A stretch of DNA of 37,896 bases. Source: a virus (lineage: Duplodnaviria; Caudoviricetes). Positions within the stretch are counted from its first letter, which is position 1. The number at the start of each line of letters is the position of its first letter. The notes beneath the pieces are model-generated. The model saw only the letters and a program-made list of their open reading frames with translations. It searched no databases and was not told where the DNA came from. Shown here one piece after another: positions 34,986 to 37,896 of the stretch. The stretch covers positions 1-37,896 of IMG/VR virus record IMGVR_UViG_3300014199_000001; one strand, 5' to 3'. Made by a program: the position numbers and the translations under genes.

Positions 34986-35912
34986 TTGGAACCTAGATCG
35001 GTTATGATCTATGCGTCTAGTGGTGGAACTAAGACAACCCAGCTATATTTTTTGGCGAAGTATATTTATGAGACTACAGGAAAAAAGATAAAGATGGTGC
35101 ATAGTAGTCTTGGAGGATATACGCCATTCGTGGATAGTGGAATGATAGCAAGGGGAGAAGTAGAAGTATTTGAGTTTAAGAATAGGGTTACGTGGTTAGC
35201 CGATTATAGAAGGCTTAGTATGGGTTATTGGCCTAGACGCAAAACAGATGGAACGGAGTTTTTCGAGACTCATGAGGCATGTAAGATTAGTGATGCTGAA
35301 TGGGCACAGACTGGGGGGTATTTCTTTGATGACTTGACTAGTGTATGTGAGGCGTTGAAGAGTCATTGTAGTAATCAGGAGGGGAATTTAGGATTGAAAG
35401 AATCATTTGTCCATGAGGAAGGGGGATTTACGTTTAGGGGGATAAATGATTTTAGGTTGTATAATATCGTGCAGGAAAAAGTGTTGGAGAGACTTGGGGC
35501 ATTTACTAATTTCCCCGTGGATTATGTTGTGTTTAGTGCATTAGTAGGGAAGGGAGAGGATAAGCAGAGTAGAGAGACGGTGTATGGGCCACAGTTAGTT
35601 GGGAACGCGGCTACATATAGGCTACCGAGCATGTTCAATGCGGGGTGTTTTCATCTTAGTAAGGAGAAATATAAGGATAAGTCTGGGTCAGATGTAGAAG
35701 GGAGAGTAGCTTGGTTTGTAGAACATAACGATGGTACTACGGGGGTGCCATATCTTTGTAATAGTAGATTGACGCCGGAGTTGGTACCGGAGTTGTTGAA
35801 ATATTTTCCTTATGGATTTGTGCCATTAGGATATACGAAGGGTTTAGATATGTTTTTTAGGGTAGTCGATAAGTTGAAAAGAGATTATGTGAGTAAAGGA
35901 AAGGTAGAATAA
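34986..35912 (+). CDS. Sak4-like/AAA_24 ATPase (recombination)
   Basis: MIYASSGGTKTT (variant Walker A), YFFDDLT (Walker B), YGPQLVG; lies between the exonuclease and the SSB-like gene. Confidence 0.7.
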   Translation: MEPRSVMIYASSGGTKTTQLYFLAKYIYETTGKKIKMVHSSLGGYTPFVDSGMIARGEVEVFEFKNRVTWLADYRRLSMGYWPRRKTDGTEFFETHEACKISDAEWAQTGGYFFDDLTSVCEALKSHCSNQEGNLGLKESFVHEEGGFTFRGINDFRLYNIVQEKVLERLGAFTNFPVDYVVFSALVGKGEDKQSRETVYGPQLVGNAATYRLPSMFNAGCFHLSKEKYKDKSGSDVEGRVAWFVEHNDGTTGVPYLCNSRLTPELVPELLKYFPYGFVPLGYTKGLDMFFRVVDKLKRDYVSKGKVE

Positions 35913-35916
35913 CGAG

Positions 35917-36705
35917 ATGGCAGACTTACAAGAGTGGGATAAGCCGGTAGTAGTTACGGACCTTGGGCAAGTTAAGACTAAAGGTCGTAAGGTTGCGATG
36001 GATCTAAGCGAGGATGCTTGGAGTTTTGGTGAGCCTCCTGCGAAGGGGCATTATAAGCTGAGATTGTTTTTGGCTAAGGATGGACTTTCGCAGAGATACT
36101 ACGATGAAAAGAAAGAAGAGGTTTATTTCAATTTTTCGTTGGAGTGCAAGTTTATCCATGAGGATAAAGAGATTGACGGATTTACGATGTATGTGTATGT
36201 GTCAACTAAGATTCAACGAAGGAAAAAGATTAGTCAGGTAGCGGGGTTGATTCAAAAGATGGGGTATAAGTTGCCGACTAATGAGCTAGATGACTTGCAA
36301 CAGGCAAAGTTGTTTATGGCAGCGTTGAAGAAAGAACCAGTAATGGGGGCGGATGTGGATTGGCGGGCTAGCTATGACACTGGGAAGCTGGATAAGAGTG
36401 GGGGAAAGGTTTATAAGAATATTTTACACCACTATGAGCAATTCCCGGTGGATGAAGAGGGAGAAAGGAAGTCTACATTTAGCCATACTGGAGAGGGTGG
36501 AAGTGTGGCGGAGGTTAGAGCACAGTTGTTTGTGGCAAAGTGGTATGGAAAGGGAGAAACGCCGGTTGTGAAGGACAGCGGACCTAAGTTTGTTAAGACT
36601 GCTGTGGAGACGGAGTTAGATTTGCAGCCGGTTGCACAAGCGGCGCCGAGTGTAGCACCTAAACCTGCATCGGTGGATGCGGATTTGGAATTGTTGCTGA
36701 GCTAA
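35917..36705 (+). CDS. Putative single-stranded DNA-binding protein
   Basis: PPAKGHY beta-rich core, Pro/Ala linker, acidic tail DADLELLLS; follows the Sak4-like gene. Confidence 0.55.
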   Translation: MADLQEWDKPVVVTDLGQVKTKGRKVAMDLSEDAWSFGEPPAKGHYKLRLFLAKDGLSQRYYDEKKEEVYFNFSLECKFIHEDKEIDGFTMYVYVSTKIQRRKKISQVAGLIQKMGYKLPTNELDDLQQAKLFMAALKKEPVMGADVDWRASYDTGKLDKSGGKVYKNILHHYEQFPVDEEGERKSTFSHTGEGGSVAEVRAQLFVAKWYGKGETPVVKDSGPKFVKTAVETELDLQPVAQAAPSVAPKPASVDADLELLLS

Positions 36706-36713
36706 AGGAGGAA

Positions 36714-36752
36714 AGGGGCAAGTTATGAATAGAGTAGCTTGCCCCTATTTTT
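36714..36752 (+). terminator. Intrinsic terminator
   Basis: AGGGGCAAGTTA...TAGCTTGCCCCT followed by ATTTTT. Confidence 0.7.
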
Positions 36753-36932
36753 ATGAAGGTAACGATTGTAGTTGAGAAAATTGCGAATTATGAGGGAAAG
36801 TTTTTGGGATATAAAGCGCACTTTGGGGGGAGAGCAGAGTTATCGGTGTTGACTAAGTTTAAGAATCAAAGTGTGTATGAGTTGGTGAGAGATTTTGGGG
36901 ATATAGTGGGAGTGGGATATCAAGAGATATGA
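36753..36932 (+). CDS. Small hypothetical protein (59 aa)
   Basis: Manual translation MKVTIVVEKIANYEG...YQEI. Confidence 0.45.
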   Translation: MKVTIVVEKIANYEGKFLGYKAHFGGRAELSVLTKFKNQSVYELVRDFGDIVGVGYQEI

Positions 36933-37063
36933 GACGTAAGCGTAAACTTGTGATGGCGACTAAGCCATTTAAGTTTAAGTATCCGTTTGGATTACTAACA
37001 GTTATTGATTTGGTGGGAGAGAGACATGGACTTAAAAAATTGCGCAGAACGAAGTTACGATAA
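36929..37063 (+). CDS. Small basic protein (44 aa)
   Basis: MRRKRKLVMATKPF...; ATGA overlap. Confidence 0.35.
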   Translation: MRRKRKLVMATKPFKFKYPFGLLTVIDLVGERHGLKKLRRTKLR

Positions 37064-37376
37064 TGCAAAGAAGCATGGATTTTATGAAGATATTGATAAA
37101 TTCCAGATTTAGCCATATTTGTGGAGAAAATATGGCTTAGTCATAGGTTGATGTTAATTGTTAGTGAATTGGCTGAGGGGTTAGAGGGCTATTAGAGATG
37201 GAAAACTTGATACTAGACCTAAAAGTGGTGGACTAGGGGAGGAGCTAGCAGATACACAGATTAGATTGGCAGATTTAAGTAGGTATCTCTACCCTGGGAC
37301 AGATTTCGGGGATATAGTTGAGACTAAAATGGCATACAATGAAGGTAGACCGTTTAAACATGGAAGGAGTTTATAG
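37026..37376 (+). pseudogene. mazG: MazG-like NTP pyrophosphohydrolase with two compensating frameshifts
   Basis: NAKKHGF / RLMLIVSELAEGLE / AIRD..EELADTQIRLAD..KMAYNEGRPFKHG; the middle block (about 37103-37187) is in another frame. Confidence 0.7.
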
Positions 37377-37378
37377 AG

Positions 37379-37896
37379 ATGACTTTTGAAGAGTTTGAGA
37401 AATTTGAGCAAGAGTTGATAGCTGAAGTGGTTAAGATGAATGATACGAAGGGGAGAGAGTACGCAAGGGGGGAAGATAGGTTTGGGAATTTCAATAGGGG
37501 CGCAGAGAAAAATGCGGTTAGCAGGTTAGTGGTAGCGAATATTTACCTTAGTAAACATCTGGATGCGATTGATAATTATATTAGGACGGGGGGAAGGACA
37601 TTTTCTACTGAGGGTATTCGCGGGAGAGTTGTGGATGCTATTAAGTATTTGGTGCTAATTGAGGGGATGATAGAAGAGGATATTGAGAGGCAGGGGACAT
37701 GGCTATGCGATGGAGCTACTAAAGGAAAACATAGCGGCTGTTTCCATAATGGATGTGGATGCATATGCAAAGCATGTAGTGATAGAAGAGAAAGGATTTT
37801 GCTAAGGGATACAGAATTATGCTTGTCTAGTGATTCTAGGAATTTTAAATGTACATTGCCACTAGGTCATGCAGGAAATCATAATTGGGGTAGTCC
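37379..37896 (+). CDS. DUF1599-like (nucleotide-modification-associated, MazG/dUTPase-fold) protein continuing across the junction to 271 (about 221 aa)
   Basis: KGREYA..DRFGNF..KHLDAI..EGIRGRVVDAIKYLVL; no stop before the window end. Confidence 0.65.
   Translation, partial: MTFEEFEKFEQELIAEVVKMNDTKGREYARGEDRFGNFNRGAEKNAVSRLVVANIYLSKHLDAIDNYIRTGGRTFSTEGIRGRVVDAIKYLVLIEGMIEEDIERQGTWLCDGATKGKHSGCFHNGCGCICKACSDRRERILLRDTELCLSSDSRNFKCTLPLGHAGNHNWGS
37774..37896. repeat. Terminal direct repeat (copy 2)
   Basis: Identical to 1-123. Confidence 0.95.

Noticed and set aside
29877-35912. VirE or AAA ATPase as the genome-packaging motor
   Set aside because: Motifs and gene context match replication and recombination families, and both lie outside the virion operon

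Overview
This looks like a complete circular dsDNA bacteriophage genome of about 37,773 bp. Bases 1-123 repeat exactly at 37774-37896, and one ORF reads through the junction. The + strand carries replication, recombination and nucleotide-metabolism genes: a UDG-family A DNA polymerase fusion with unusual active-site substitutions, an HNH-AP2 endonuclease, a Cas4/RecB-like nuclease, a Sak4-like AAA ATPase, a putative SSB, a DUF1599-like protein, disrupted NDT-like and MazG-like genes, and a FimB/Xer-like tyrosine recombinase with a dif-like site. A VirE/VapE helicase lies on the - strand next to a large palindrome. An 18.6 kb - strand operon (8391-26987) appears to be the virion module of a tailless, probably membrane-containing virus. 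I see no terminase, portal, HK97 capsid, tape measure or packaging ATPase. Instead it has four tandem beta-rich jelly-roll-like proteins, Arg-rich core-like proteins punctuated by recurring 'NP' motifs, membrane-anchored proteins sharing an (R/K)G(L/M/I)G motif, a transglutaminase-like Cys-His-Asp enzyme at the head of the operon, several Sec-signal proteins with Gln at +1, and an outer-membrane beta-barrel candidate. All assignments come from reading motifs by eye; no searches were run.
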